64,000 nucleotides of DNA from Eledone cirrhosa (taxonomy: Eukaryota): positions 79,918,001 to 79,982,000 of the forward strand of contig OZ024742.1 in NCBI GenBank assembly GCA_964016885.1, given 5' to 3'. The first letter of the stretch is position 1. Each line of letters opens with the position of its first letter. Both the position numbers and the translations under genes were made by a program. Below, in pieces: positions 12,035 through 26,119 of the stretch. The notes beneath the pieces are model-generated. The model had not been told where the DNA came from. It saw only the letters and a program-made list of their open reading frames with translations, and made no database searches.

Positions 12035-12214
12035 TGAGTTAAGATGGAGGGTCTGTGGTTTTTCTCATTCCTTGTATTTTGATCATGCTTTATTTATATT
12101 TTTTATATTTTTTGTCTTTATTTGTTAATTTTTCATTCGCACCGTTTCCTTTCGCTATATGTCTCTCCACCACTCCCCTACACACCTTTTGAACTCTGTT
12201 CCCACACACTTCTC

Positions 12215-12245
12215 ACCTTAGGAAGGGCTTATGCCGAAACGTCGT
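12215..12245 (+). ncRNA. Degenerate hammerhead motif
   Basis: ac-CTTAGGA-agGGC ttat GCC-GAAA-CG-TC-gt. G5 is mutated and stem I is only 2 bp. Confidence 0.4.
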
Positions 12246-12333
12246 CCCCCACCTACCCCCCCACTCTCCTGAGCGTGAATTTAATAAACATTTATTGTAC
12301 TGCCTCTCTGTTCTGTCCCTGTTCAAATTTTTC

Positions 12334-12387
<54 letters not shown>

Positions 12388-12531
12388 ATAAAAACACTTG
12401 AGTGCATTAGAGTCAAACACGCGTCGCATTAGAGAAATGACAGTACAAGAGAATAGCTCAATATTATCAAACAGAGCCGATAAAATTATATAAATCAACA
12501 AAGAAGCCTTTAATACATCAATAATCTTTAT

Positions 12532-12576
12532 TCGCTGACAATGTTTCGTCCCGGTAATTAGGACTCTTCAGAGCAA
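12532..12576 (-). ncRNA. Canonical type I hammerhead ribozyme
   Basis: ttgct-CTGAAGA-GTCC taattaccg GGAC-GAAA-C att G-TC-agcga, with a GUC triplet. Confidence 0.85.
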
Positions 12577-13394
12577 GGAAAAGACAAAAAAATATCAACG
12601 GCGAGAACAAGCCAAAATTCAGAAGAATAGAGAAATAGAAAAATAGAAATTTAAATGTTACATTATAAGATATAATATGCAGGTAATATAAAAACAGGAT
12701 AAGGAGGCAAGGTCTAGGATGTTGCGACATATTTAGATTTCAGGTAACTAGGAAAGGGCACTTAATTACTAATGGGTAAAAATTTATAAAATTTATAACA
12801 CACCCGATAATATGTAAAGAAGGATATTTCTGAAAATTATCCAGGAAAGACGTGTCAAACCTAATAAGGTACATTGGTACATAAAAACTATAGGGCAAGA
12901 GATCAAGCAAACATTAAAATAGCCACGTTAAAAGTACAATATATGTCCAATACTCGAAATACAACATAATAACATAATCCGAGAAATGTACATATGGTTT
13001 GGCTATGTGTATACGGGAGTTTTGCGTCTGTGTGAGTATGCAGGTTCGTACGTATGTAGGGTGTGTGTATATGTGTACTTCAAGTTTTGGTGGATTTACG
13101 TTTCCGAACATTCGTGTATTTATTTGTAGATATGTGTGTGCGCTTGTTATATACGTATTTATTTATTTATATACGTTTATATAATTATTTATTTATTTGT
13201 ATACACGCATACACACACACACATATTTATATGTGCGTGGTTTTGTATACCTATGGTAAGTGTTTTGCGTATGCTTGTGTATGTACGTATTTGTTTGCGT
13301 GTATGTATTTATTTATTTCTATTACTTCTGTATTGTATTTATTTACTTTGTACTTAACCCTGTAGCGGAGATTCATTGGGTCTCCTAGTTAGAA

Positions 13395-13805
13395 TTTTAG
13401 TCTACGACTTCTGCTATATCATTTACGTGTTTTTGTCTTTGCGTGCTATTGTTCTCCACGCTCCACATATGACGTATTATCTTCGATTTTTCGTTCATTG
13501 CCAGAGAACGTCTCTATGAACCACCTAAGAGAATATTAGTCTACGAGTTCTTTTATACCATAAACGTGGTTCTGTCTTTGCGCGTAATTGTTTTTCTCCG
13601 CTCCTATTAATAACGTATTATATTCGTTTTTTCCCGTTCTTTGCCAGCGAACGTTTCCACGAACCAAAGTATCGTCTTCCTGTCTTCCTCCGGTTGCAAA
13701 GTTTTTTGAAATATCCACTTCTGCGTTTACAGATTGACTTTGTTAGTTTCAGAAGATCTCGTTATGGGTGAAAGCAGCGATTCTTTGCTTAAACTTTAAT
13801 CTGAT
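13395..13805. repeat. Dispersed repeat with an internal diverged ~140-nt tandem; inverted homolog at 63655-63975
   Basis: TTAGTCTACGA...GTCTTTGCG...GAACG..GAACCA occurs twice. The reverse-complement match is at the window end and a short fragment is at 15035-15075. Confidence 0.7.
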
Positions 13806-13918
13806 ATTTTAATAAATATTTGCTCTACGGTTCTTATATATTTGATATATATTTATCCTTATCGAGCCCTCTTTGGATTTTAGTCTTCAAATTTATTATT
13901 ATTACAATATATGTATAT

Positions 13919-13984
<66 letters not shown>

Positions 13985-14171
13985 ACAGGGAGAAAAAGAC
14001 GATTATTAGGAAGAAAAATATATTTTTTCCCTTTTTATTTCTTTCTCTCTTTTTTTCTGGGCTAGAAAATGATTAAAACGAAATATTTTACTTTGTGTGA
14101 AGTTTAATGTATTAGTTGATTTATTTATTAATTAACAATGGCATTTATTTATTTATTTCGATATTTATATC

Positions 14172-14209
14172 TATTACCGGTTTCAGCATTTTTATGCATT
14201 ATCAAATGA
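14172..14209 (-). ncRNA. Degenerate hammerhead motif (U3-A8)
   Basis: cat-TTGATAA-tGCAT aaaa ATGCt-GAAA-CCGG-TA-atag, with a weak stem I. Confidence 0.5.
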
Positions 14210-14455
14210 TAATAATATGTATTAGTGTAGAATGGTGGTGTTGGGCATCTTAAAGAAATGGTGCAGAAAGAATAATGTTATTTACAAACAAGGTTTATGA
14301 TGTGAAAAGAAAAAAGAAAAAAGAAAAAAGAAAAAAGAAAAAAAGAGGCGTGTATATATATATATATATATATATACATATATATATTCCAAGGAGACGA
14401 CAAACAGTGGTACAATCTTATTAGTTTCAGGCTTTATATTAGAAAGAGGAAAGAA

Positions 14456-14493
14456 AGTTCGAAGTGTCGGGCTTAAGCCCTTCTTCAGTAGTA
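14456..14493 (-). ncRNA. Degenerate hammerhead motif
   Basis: CTGAAGA-aGGGC ttaa GCCC-GACA-cttc. GAAA is mutated and stem I is lost. Confidence 0.35.
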
Positions 14494-14610
14494 CAAAATA
14501 GACACTGGACCACAATGGAGAAATACATACTGACACAAACAAACGCACGCACACACACGCACGCGCACACACGCACGCGCACACAGACATACACGCATAC
14601 ACGCACACCA

Positions 14611-14730
<120 letters not shown>

Positions 14731-14777
14731 TATTCAGAATAATAATACATGAAGACATTCACATAATCAAAATATGT

Positions 14778-14837
14778 TATACTATATATATTTCGAAGGT
14801 ACTGTGCTGTTCTTTCAGTAGGTCCTCGTCAGATAAA
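14778..14837 (-). ncRNA. Hammerhead motif with (AT)n palindromic stem III; repeat family shared with 62020-62160
   Basis: tttat-CTGACGA-GGAccTACTG..CAGTAccTTC-GAAA-TATATA-TA-gta. Confidence 0.55.
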
Positions 14838-14897
14838 ATACATGAAATGATGTATGACATACCTCAACTGTCTTGATAGTTCAATTCCAGTATTGGC

Positions 14898-15017
<120 letters not shown>

Positions 15018-15081
15018 CATATATATATATATATGATGGTCAAAGCTGCGATTCTTTCCTTAAACTTTAATCTGTTCTTAT

Positions 15082-15119
<38 letters not shown>

Positions 15120-16251
15120 ATGAGAGAGAGAATGAGAGAGACAGATAAATAGAGAGAAAGAGAGAGAAAGAGAGACAGATAGATAGAGATGTGTATGTAT
15201 ATATGTCTGCCCGTGTCTTTATGTATGTGTGTGGATTTCGCCGTATAAGTTTTGTACGTACACATATATTGTCATATAATAGGCTTACATGCCTTTCTTG
15301 CTCTCTGTATACTATACACCACGCAAACTGCTTAATATGCCTGCTTACAATATGTTCTTATTTGCACTCGCCTTTTGGTTTGTTAGCCTGGATTATGCAC
15401 AGAATTGAGGGGGTGGTTGGTGTTGTGCGATTAGTTAGATATGATCGCATGACGGATACATAGTGACTGTTTGTCATCTCTGTAACATTCTTATAATGCA
15501 CACAGAAATACAAGACAGGTTTGGTAATTGAATGACTATTAATGGATTTCACATATCATTGATGTTAATTTACTTTATTTTTTTCATTTAAAATTTAAGT
15601 AGTTTTTCGTTTTTGCTATATATATATATACACAATTTTTCATCTTATGTGTTTACAAAATAAATTAAAAAGAAATAAAAAAAAATACCGGTATCAGTAT
15701 TATTTCTTGTAGTGTTTGTTTCTAATGTAATATGAAATGAAAAATTATGTGAAATATGCAAAGTAAACATCTGCAGAAGATAAGGTTTTTTATATTTACA
15801 TTATCATTATTTGCAGATTATTCTTGTATCTCATCCCTACATTTCATAAGAATAACTTCATGGTCTACTGGTAGGTGTTTTATATCATTTCCTCTGACAT
15901 AGGCAAAGCAGTCTTGTTTTATTTTGCTACATACACTTATCTCCCAAAAGCCATCGGATACCTCTTAATTGCTGAAATTATACTCCTTTTTAACCATAAT
16001 TCACCATAATTGATGTCAACAATAATCAAATAATGACATATATTCGGAATGTTACCATCATACATGTACTCGTAAATCTAAGTGCGCCTTCCTCATCATC
16101 CTCCGCGAAAACGTATTTTCTCTTCTCTCCGCCGGGGCCGTGGGGTGGCCTGCGCGTGGAACCCTATTTGCTCACAATATTGAGAAATGGGGAGAGCAGC
16201 AGAAACGGTGGCAGTGACAGTGGGAGCGCGGTTCTTTTGTGTTCGGATCTG

Positions 16252-16281
<30 letters not shown>

Positions 16282-16286
<5 letters not shown>

Positions 16287-16476
16287 AACCAGTAAGACCC
16301 CGACAGCTGAGCTCAAGCCGTTTCGACGGCTAATTCTGCGTCCAGAATTAGCCGTCGAAACGGCTTGAGCTCAGCTGTCGGGGTCTTACTGATTCCTATT
16401 ACCCACTCTACTACCTCAAGTATTGAGTACTTTGGTGCGTTATGGTCCACCTGGTTCCTTACCACATTTCCTTCGT
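16282..16476 (+). mobile_element. Minimal fold-back PLE pLTR remnant (57-bp hairpin + 77-nt tail)
   Basis: Arms 16282-16338 and 16343-16399 have 1 mismatch and a CGTC loop. The tail is homologous to 40171-40247. Inserted in (TA)n. Confidence 0.85.
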
Positions 16477-17623
16477 TATATATATATATATATATATATA
16501 TAAATGCTTGTAGCGTAGTCAGAGAAACTTTTTAATCGTAGCAGCTAGAGTCAATAGTAGTTAAAATAGTTTTATTGACAAAGGTTATTGTATGTAAAGA
16601 TATGGTTATACTTCAGTGTAAGGGAATACTTAATACAGATTCTGACATAAAATCATAACATGGATATAAACTCTGTAAATCAAACAGCTTTGAATTTTAG
16701 AACTAATGTTGATTGCTGATGTAGCTGTATATATGATAAACTATATAATTGTGTATGAAACCATCTATTTAAGGTAGGTCATTGGCACCAAAGTCGTTAT
16801 AGTGTCGGATTCATTCTTTTGTGACCTTCATCTTGGTTACCTGCGTTCTGAGGTCAAGAATGACGTTCGTCCCATCCGGTTGTAAACATTACAAATCCAT
16901 GGTGATAGATCTGTTTAGGGTGTTATAATTTGAATCATCGTACCCGACATCCTGTGTTCAAACATCACCTAACCATTAAAATCCTTCAGATAGCCTTCTG
17001 AGGTCAACATTTACAGTCAACATCAACGAGTCGATAGTAAATATTACCGGTCCATGGTGGTAGATAGCTTTAGAGGGTCTGGCGGTGGGTCAAACCTCAG
17101 CTAATCATTAAAATCCGATGGGCAGATATAATCACCAAACGACTAGACCACAATCGATTATGAAAGTAGCGATGGGTGGATAAGGATTGTGGCTATCGCT
17201 TTCTGCAATCGAATGATGATGATAATAGGATATCTAATAATCTCCAATATGTATATCTTCTTTAAGATGTTATTCTATTTCTATCACGTTGAAGAATCAT
17301 ATAATCACTTGGCCCATGATTATACAATAACACATGAAATTTTAATGATTACTTTCAATAGAAATTAAGTGCCCCTACCTCATTCACTTCTGCTCCCTTC
17401 GGCTTCTAAACATCTCTACCTTATTAACTCTAACCCTTGCAATAAACTATAATCACGACGTAAGTTATCGCCATTCTTCTACAGAAAAAGGAAAGGAAGA
17501 GATCTTAGGTCTTCTGATTGCAAGACATCCAAGCGGACAACACGTCATTGAAATCATTTTGAAGGAAATTCAACGAGTCAAAATTGTGGATAGAAGACCA
17601 GGTTTTCTTCTTCTTCTTCTTCT

Positions 17624-17715
17624 TCTTCTTCTTCTTCTTCTTCTTCTTCTTCTTCTTCTTCTTCTTCTTCTTCTTCTTCTTCTTCTTCTTCTTCTTCTTC
17701 TTCTTCTTCTTCTTC
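17624..17715. repeat. (TTC)n microsatellite
   Basis: About 30 perfect TTC units. Confidence 0.97.
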
Positions 17716-18112
17716 AATGTGTGACTGACTATTCGTATTTTATATAGAATTTATATAGAAGCCGGCCAGATGGATTGTCACTATAATCCAAGGAGCCAGC
17801 TACGTCACAGACCGTGCAACACTGATTCTCCCTTATGTCTCCGTTAAAGGTAACAGTAGATTTGGAATAGGCTGTCAGTTACACAATAATTTAGGAATAA
17901 GTAATTAAGCGGATTGAATACTTGTCGCAAGATACTGGACGAACGATTATATCGTTTCATATCTGTACGTAACTCTGTGTGTATGTGCCATTGTTGGTGA
18001 GTTGTGACCAAATATTGCTAAACAGTGTCGTATCTCTATTACACAAAGGCCTGTTCTCGTATATGTGTACGCGTGTAGTCTGTGGTGTATATACTTTTAC
18101 ACACACACACAC

Positions 18113-18156
<44 letters not shown>

Positions 18157-19301
18157 GAGGTATGTGCATGTGGGTGGGTATGCGTTTGTAGTTTTGTATT
18201 AACTTCTGTTTCTATGTATGGGTTTAGCTATGTAGTTATGCACGCATGTAAATAACCAATTTTAATAATGGATATAGTCAAATCTCCTAGATGATGGCAA
18301 AGGCTAAAAAGCGAATGCAAATAAGGTGAAATTAGATTTATTAATTTTCTAAAATTCATTTTATGAAAGAAAATTACTTTCGAAACATTTTGTTTTAAAA
18401 TAAGAAATACAATAAAATGAATAACATAACAAATTAATCTATTCCTAAAGGAACCACCCTGTTTCTGACACTAGGCTATACGGTAAAATACATTCACAGG
18501 TGTGTGAATCTAATAAAATCATATTGTATATTTTTTAATGCAAATATCAAACTTGATTCTGTCATATGCATTCGCTTTAATGCCTTGTAGAAGAGCAACA
18601 ACACAATTCGTAAGCTTTTGATGATATTTCACAGAAAATGGAAGGCAGATATATATGGAGAAGAACTCAACTGATAAAATCTTTTTTTTCCCTAACGTCT
18701 GACAGCAACAGTAAAAATAAGTTAAAAACAACTGATTTTATATGACAGGAAAGACACGCAATCGTACATACATGAATACGAACGAATATGTATATGTGTG
18801 TCTATATGTATAGATGTATTTTTGAATCTGTGTCTATGTGTGTTCGTGTGCATTTAGTGTTTTATATTATATGTAAACATATTTATTATATCAACTAGTA
18901 GTAGAGGGAAATACATCATCAATGATTGCGTTCCACTTTCAAATCCCGTCGCAAATAGCGTCGCTTTATTTACACCGATAATTATCGAAAAGAACCAATG
19001 CTACATAATCCAAATTTTTCCGTGAAGAACAACATATTTGCAGAAAGCCAAAAACGAATAGTTGGTGAATGCTAATATTGTATGGTTTTTATAGCTAATA
19101 TTCCACCGTTTAGGAGTGTTTATTTTTTCGGATAAAACAATTGACAATCAAGTAAGTGTGCCAATTCAATTAATTAAACGTCTTCAACAAATTTAAAAAG
19201 TTTGTACCAATCTAAACTATAATAAAGGATGGTCTGCGGGATTGCGTACGGTTTATTTTTTTTATCCTGTTTGTAAAATAAGTTGGATTACTTTGAATAA
19301 A

Positions 19302-19460
19302 TAATTGTTTCTATTTTAGGCACAAGGCCAGCAATTACCCAGTACATTACTGGTACTTTATTTTATCGACCCCGTAAGGATGAAAGGCAAAGTTAACCTC
19401 GGCGGGATTTGAACTCAGATCATAAAGGGACGTAACTCTATGCTTCAAAGCATGGTGTCA
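19302..19460 (-). mobile_element. tRNA-derived SINE (octopod-type), head partly truncated
   Basis: Reverse complement contains the B-box GAGTTCAAATCC and the core TTGCCTTTCATCCTTACGGGGTCGATAAAATAAAGTACC. Confidence 0.85.
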
Positions 19461-19886
19461 AATAGTGAATGAATATTACGTAATAATTTATCTACATAAT
19501 TTATCTACCAAATTTCGTGGCTGTTCATTAAATATACAGTATTTTGTTTATTTAAAGATTCATTTCTTTAAAATTTCTGAAATGTCAACACTTCCGGTGG
19601 CGATCGCTTAAATAAACATACTAATTTTCCGTCACTAATTTTCTCCTAATGAAGTTTATATATAATATCGTCTTTTTTAATGTATCATGGATTACGTTAC
19701 TGATTAAATAAGACAGTGTAACACAGTCTTCGTTCAATTTCTATGTATTATATATTGTCAATTACGATTTTATTTGATGTATCATATCTACATGTATATA
19801 TATTTGCGTATGATATCAATATACACACTACACATGCTAGCAGAAAACCACCGGAAGGGTGGTTTTTCTGCTAGTCTTAATATAAT

Positions 19887-20065
19887 TGTTTCTACTTTTG
19901 GCCGAAGGCCAGCAATTATTCCAGTATATTACTGGTACTTTATTTTATCGACCCCGTAAGGATGAAAGGCAAAGTTAACCTCGGCGGGATTTGAACTCAG
20001 ATCGTAAAGGGACATAACTATGCTGGAAAGCATGTCCGACACCCTACCGATACTGCCAATTCACC
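19887..20065 (-). mobile_element. Full-length tRNA-derived SINE with 17-bp target-site duplication
   Basis: A-box TGGCAGTATCGG, B-box and core are present. TSD GCTAGTCTTAATATAAT at 19870-19886 and 20066-20082. Confidence 0.9.
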
Positions 20066-21547
20066 GCTAGTCTTAATATAATGTAGAACCATTATAGTAT
20101 CGGAGAATTAACCTTGTATTATGTACATAGTTATGTACTTTCATCGCATTCTGTGTTTGAATTTTATACAGCAAGGCTCGATAAAATTAGGAACGGAAAC
20201 GTGCGTTTTTCCCTTTTACCCACTGCGCTTGGTCATTTAAAACTAGAAACTTAAATATTATATAATTATTATTACTATTATATATCGTGGCTGGTTTAAC
20301 TTAGCATGTCTTACTCCCCGGCTTTAGAAAACAAACTACATTCCACACAGCAGCGTCCATTGTTTCGAATTACATTCTTGTATGGTGTTTGGCATTATAT
20401 TTATATAAGAAATCAATCTCATAAATATAAGAGGAACAATATAATAACGGATCTAATTATGTCAATATATTCTGAGTTCAAATCCCGCCGTGGTGGTCGT
20501 TGTATTCCCCTTACGGAATAACTTAAATATGTACGACAAAAGTATTGAGGATGATATGAGCGACAGTAACTCTCCCATTACATTTGAGAACTTATAGCTA
20601 TGTTAGAAAGTATATTTTTCTTTTATTATTCACGATGAAGTCATGTGCATTACTATATATAAAGGAATTAGTATCTTGTCATGGATTATTCATATATGTC
20701 GGATGATGGATGAAATGGAAATCATAATAACCACAAATTCCAGATTTGAAGAAAGCCACATTCATTTAAGTCAATGGTACTTTGAAATGGCACTTTAGAC
20801 CAATTTCCGTTACTTTTCATTGTTACTTGGTTTCATAATTTCAATATCAGTTACAAATTGAATGGGAAAGTCTATGGCTTAGTGGTTAAGGAAGTTTGAT
20901 TCTCAGACAAGGCAACGGGGTATTTATTTATGCAAGGCTCTAGATTTCAAGCTGCTCTCGACCACTCAACTAGAAAAAGTGGGAAATCTGTACGTTGACG
21001 CATTTTCTGCTGAAACAGAAGTATAATCGTAAGTCCCATACATATATGCGGACAGCAGGAGGATCTTCCGAGGAAGAACACACATCAAGCTAGTGTTTCA
21101 CCCCTGATTCTTCCTAACTTTCTAAGGGAACCAACTCCCCCTAGGTTGTGACGCCTTGCTGTTTTGTTCCCCTACAGCGGCTCATCTTTTTTCCTATTCC
21201 TGTGGTTTTTACCACTCGGCCACAAGAACCACTGGTACATCTAACACTTAGCAATCTATTTTAACAGCAATCAAAATTCGCGACTTGTTGTATACTAACT
21301 TAGTTCCAGTTGTCATTCCTCTTTGACCATAGCCACATTGAGCTTTCCTCAATTATTTCTCACAGGCATTTGATCGTTCCTGTTCTATTCCAACTTTTGA
21401 GAGGTTAGATAGTCAGCGCAGGATATCATGAAGCAAAATGAATATGATAAAAAAAAAATATCTCAAATTTTTTTCTTAAACATTAAAAAAATAATCCTGG
21501 AAACAGTTAGAAGCAGTCATCAAGTGCACGTGCACGTGCACACACAC

Positions 21548-21597
<50 letters not shown>

Positions 21598-22200
21598 ACA
21601 CACACACACACACACACAGACACACACACACACACATACACACACACACACACATGGTAGCGTGCACATACGCACACAGCATGTCAAACACACACAAAAT
21701 AATAGTTATTCAGAAACCTTATAATATATCCTTTTATTTCCATTCTTACAACTCTTCTACTTGTGGGAGCTAAACTGGCCTTCACTAATATTTTTTGTCA
21801 TTAGAATGTTTTGTCTAATACTATATATCTTTGAAATTCTAAGAATGTAATCCTTATCATTTATGGTTTATCTTACTTAAACCGACTTGCAGTTCATAGA
21901 ATATATTACACCTTATATGTCTATCCGCATTACATATCCTGTTTTTGTCATTTAGTTACGTTGAGGCACGCACCCACACGTATATATACACACACATAAA
22001 CATACTTTCACACATACAAACACAGTTTCTTGTTTCTTGCAGTAGAGAATTATGATTTGATGAACGAATGTTTGACATTCAACATGGTCACTTACCCCTT
22101 CAGCTCTTTCTGATTCAGTTTTCTCCTTTCTTTCTCATCCCTTACCGCTCTACCTCTCTCTCTTTCTCTCTCTCTATCTCTCTCTATATATATACATATA

Positions 22201-22240
<40 letters not shown>

Positions 22241-22405
22241 TGTGCGCGCGTGCGTGTTTGCGCGTGTGCATGTGTATCTGTGTCTGTGTGCGTGGTTGTG
22301 TGCGTCTGCGTTTTCTATATGCGTGTGTGCGTGTGCATATTTATATCATTATGCTGTATGAGATATTATATATATGTATTATGTTTAAATAATATAGAAT
22401 ACATG

Positions 22406-22461
<56 letters not shown>

Positions 22462-22512
22462 TGTATCTACCTATCCATCCCTGTACCCTCCTCTCTCTCT
22501 CTCTCTCTCTCT

Positions 22513-22562
<50 letters not shown>

Positions 22563-24227
22563 CATACAATATGCATTTATGATTCTACTTCTGTATTGCT
22601 GCACACAGGCATCCATATGTTTGCATATGTTTACTTGGGTGGGTCTTTTAAGCTATCTGCCTTCCTTTTATTCTTTAATATATCACAGTTCAACGTGCAG
22701 TTGCATTAGCATTGCCTTATATTACAAAAGAACATTTCTGTTCGATTAAATTTCCTTATACTATCTTTCCTTAATATATTTGATGTCCTTATGCTTCATG
22801 AAACTCAGCTATTTGTTTTTTACGGCTCTTAGAGAATATTTCCAATATCCATCATATGTCTTATTACGTAATATTTGCTTTCCTTTTACAATATTTCATA
22901 CTTTTTAAAAAATACTTAGGTAATGATACTCAATCTATATTGTTATGCATTTTGTACTTCCTCAATGTGCCTATTTATATTTTTTACCATTGAATCTGTC
23001 AATGAGAAATATGCCTGCCGAATTCAATCTCGCAACAATTAACAAAATAGAGTTCACCTCTTTTCAGATTTGCAAAGGATGACTCGAAAAATGTTTGCCA
23101 CTGCTTTAGAAATGTTTACTGTGTCGTTCGCTGACTTACGATGCTCATCTAAAACGTTCAAAGGCTGACTATGAAGGGTTGATGCTACAGCTGTGAAATC
23201 TTGCATGCATTAATTTCAACTCTTCTTATTAATAAATTTATTGTTTCTTTTCAAGGAAAATATAGCTCATTTGAAAATATAGCTCATTTGGTCAGTCCAT
23301 TGGAGTTGCATGGTTAGCCTATGAACGTTTCAGCCTATGAACCTATCAGCCGACCCAGTAGCTTTGCTTGCAAATGGCATTACATCTGCTAACTGCATCA
23401 ATTACACGAGCTAATTCTATAACTTGATTCATCGAAGTAACCTTGAAACCGCTAAACAGTGAGAAACATTTATTCTTGTTTTCATCTCCACATCTCTCAA
23501 CTCATTACCTATTGGATCTTCCGACCGCTGCCCTTTTTAGATTCAGCGCAACACAATCATATACTACACAACACCCGCTCATCTCAATAACTTTATAGAA
23601 ACTTCAAATTTGCTGTCTGGTTTGAGCTCTTTAAATTATTTCTAGTAGTGTGCATATGTCCTGCCCCATTTAGCAGATTTAGGCTGGTGCCTGAAACGAT
23701 AATCTTACACATACTTTTTTCACATCTTACATACATCCAAATCTAATAAATTCAATTCCCAGGGTGTCTCCCTTAGAATTAAAATATGCCAGAGCGCATA
23801 TAACCCCCAGTAGACATCTGTTACCCAACTGTACAACACAAGGAAATATTCATCCTAAAAATGAAAGGTGACTATGTACATTTCATAATCAGGAATCCCG
23901 ACCAAGCTGCAAATTTCTTCATTAATAAACATCTTCCCCAAATTCGGTTATTCTCACTCCCTAATTATCACCAGTAAAGACCCTCAAATATAATTCATCT
24001 TTGTGACGTTAAATGAAAACTATGATAAAAAAAGAATTGACATTTGTTTGAATCATTATAGAATATGAAGAATAGTCGTTTTTGGAGGCCTCTACAATGC
24101 AGATGGCCAAATATCCGAGTAAGAGAATCAGAAGGAAGAAAGGTGTTTAAAGAGTTGAGGAAAAGGGTAAAAGAAATGTTAAATGAAATGAAAACCAGAG
24201 AAGAAAATAACTTGGAATCGATTTATT

Positions 24228-24267
24228 AGTCTCTATATTTCGGATTTCTTATCCATCATCAGAAACT
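24228..24267 (-). ncRNA. Type I hammerhead motif
   Basis: agttt-CTGATGA-tGGAT aagaa ATCC-GAAA-TA-TA-g-agact. Confidence 0.6.
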
Positions 24268-26119
24268 TCAGAGATTTGTTGGAGAGGAATCTATGTGACC
24301 GTGTGTTGCGAGTGTCTGTATTAGACATGCTATGATGTTTCACTCAATGTAAGAGGTCTGATAAGTAATAACGTTTCTGGAACAAACGTGTGTACATTAG
24401 AGACATATAATTTTATGTGCATGCGTTGTTTATGTAAGCAGCGTAATAGGTGCCGTAAAACTTACTGGTCACCTTTTTAGTTTTGCCAGTACTGAAAACC
24501 AGGATCCTGAATTCCTTATTTCAGTGATAACTGGAGCTGAAATGTGCGACTATGGATACTACTCAGAAAGAAAAGCTCAGTCGTCACATTGGTAGGATAT
24601 GATGCTGTCAATGTTTAAATGCACATCAGGAACAGGGCATTACCACAGTGAAGATGATTGTTCTCTTCGTGGCATTATACATCATCATTAGGCACTATAG
24701 GGAAAAATATTTAGAAAGAAATACTTTTAGAACTTCCTGCGGCCGCTTTGCGATACATTTCGCCGCAATACTCTCGCCTCTTAAAAATTGTACTTGCATC
24801 ATAATAACACCGATGCTCAGTCGTCATTGCTAATCCTAGTTTTTTTGCCAAAAGGAAGTTCAGTTCGCTTATCGGCCAGGCTCTCCAGACATAGCTGCTT
24901 CTGGTTGTTTCCTACAATGAAGCTGCAACAAGCTAAATTTCTTTCCTAATAAGCTCTATGTCTTTCTAGTCGTTGATAGGGAATGTTTCTGTCAGATTAC
25001 GCGTTGAACATATTGGCTCATTAGTTCTCTGTGATCTGTTATATCAGATCGGATGCATTGTTTTGTATAGTTCTATACGCCTTACTGATTGTGGAATATG
25101 TTAACTTATAATCAAATCCAATAAAACCCGCTCTCAAACATCTGATAACCCCTTTCTCACCTTCATAAAATTCCACACCCAGGGGTCATTTACATGCAGC
25201 ACGGAGAATGATTTCCCAACTAATCTACACTGTGTTCGTGAACAGAGTAATCAAATATAACTTTCAATTGGATCATGTGAATCTTGTTTATTTTATATTA
25301 AAAACAAATAACCCCTATACATATCAAGGAAACAGTATTGTACACTCTACACAGCATGAATAACACACAACTAAATTGCTATAATTGCTAGGCTCCACAA
25401 TCCGTAGTATCATTCCTAGTAATTACATATCCTCAGCATAGATAATAATTCATTACAGACAATCAATTTCAACTTCAACGTCCGAAATCTACTTCACTAA
25501 CTATTACTATCATTTCACAATCTCGTCGAAACATAATGCATTACTGGCACCAATGTTTGAAAGAGGATAGTTGCCACACATACGCCACCCACAAACCAAT
25601 AATCTGGCGGATTTTCATGAATTCGATAGACAAAACTTTCCAACCTGCAGCATACGCCTATGCCACCTCTTCATTGTGCATTTTTACCGCTACTACAATA
25701 TCATTCATTTTCTTTGACGTTCTGCCACATTCATTCAGGGCTTTCCAATCACTCATCATTGTTTCTGTCTTTACGCAATTTTGTGTCCCACAATACATTT
25801 CATCTACAACATCAACACGTTTTTTTCTCTCGCCAGAACATAGGTTCTGAATATTTCCGTCTCTGGCCAATATTTCCCCTGCAACTGTCTACTTGTAAAT
25901 TTAAAAGGATAATTAAATTTGTAGATCGCACAGCTCTCGGGGCTCTCGGGCAAAATTTTTCAACTAATCAACAACCCTCCCCCAAATAAATAATGACTTC
26001 TAATTTAGCACAAATACAGGAATTCTGAGCCCGAGGGGAAACCTGGTGACATCGGCACCATTAATTTATTAGAACGATGAAAGGTAAAACTGTCCTCTTC
26101 TCACCGAAACAAATAATAC

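Noticed and set aside
13745-13785. HHR-like string CAGAAGA-TCTCGttatGGGT-GAAA-GCAGC (homolog near 63680-63715)
   Set aside because: The core is mismatched in both copies, and there is no UH triplet or stem I.
16845-17116. Diverged internal duplication (CATGGTG.TAGAT, TCAAAC.TCA.CTAA.CATTAAAATCC)
   Set aside because: An old, imperfect duplication with no ORF or structure to interpret.
23000-25900. Possible highly decayed LINE
   Set aside because: No motif could be read with confidence.
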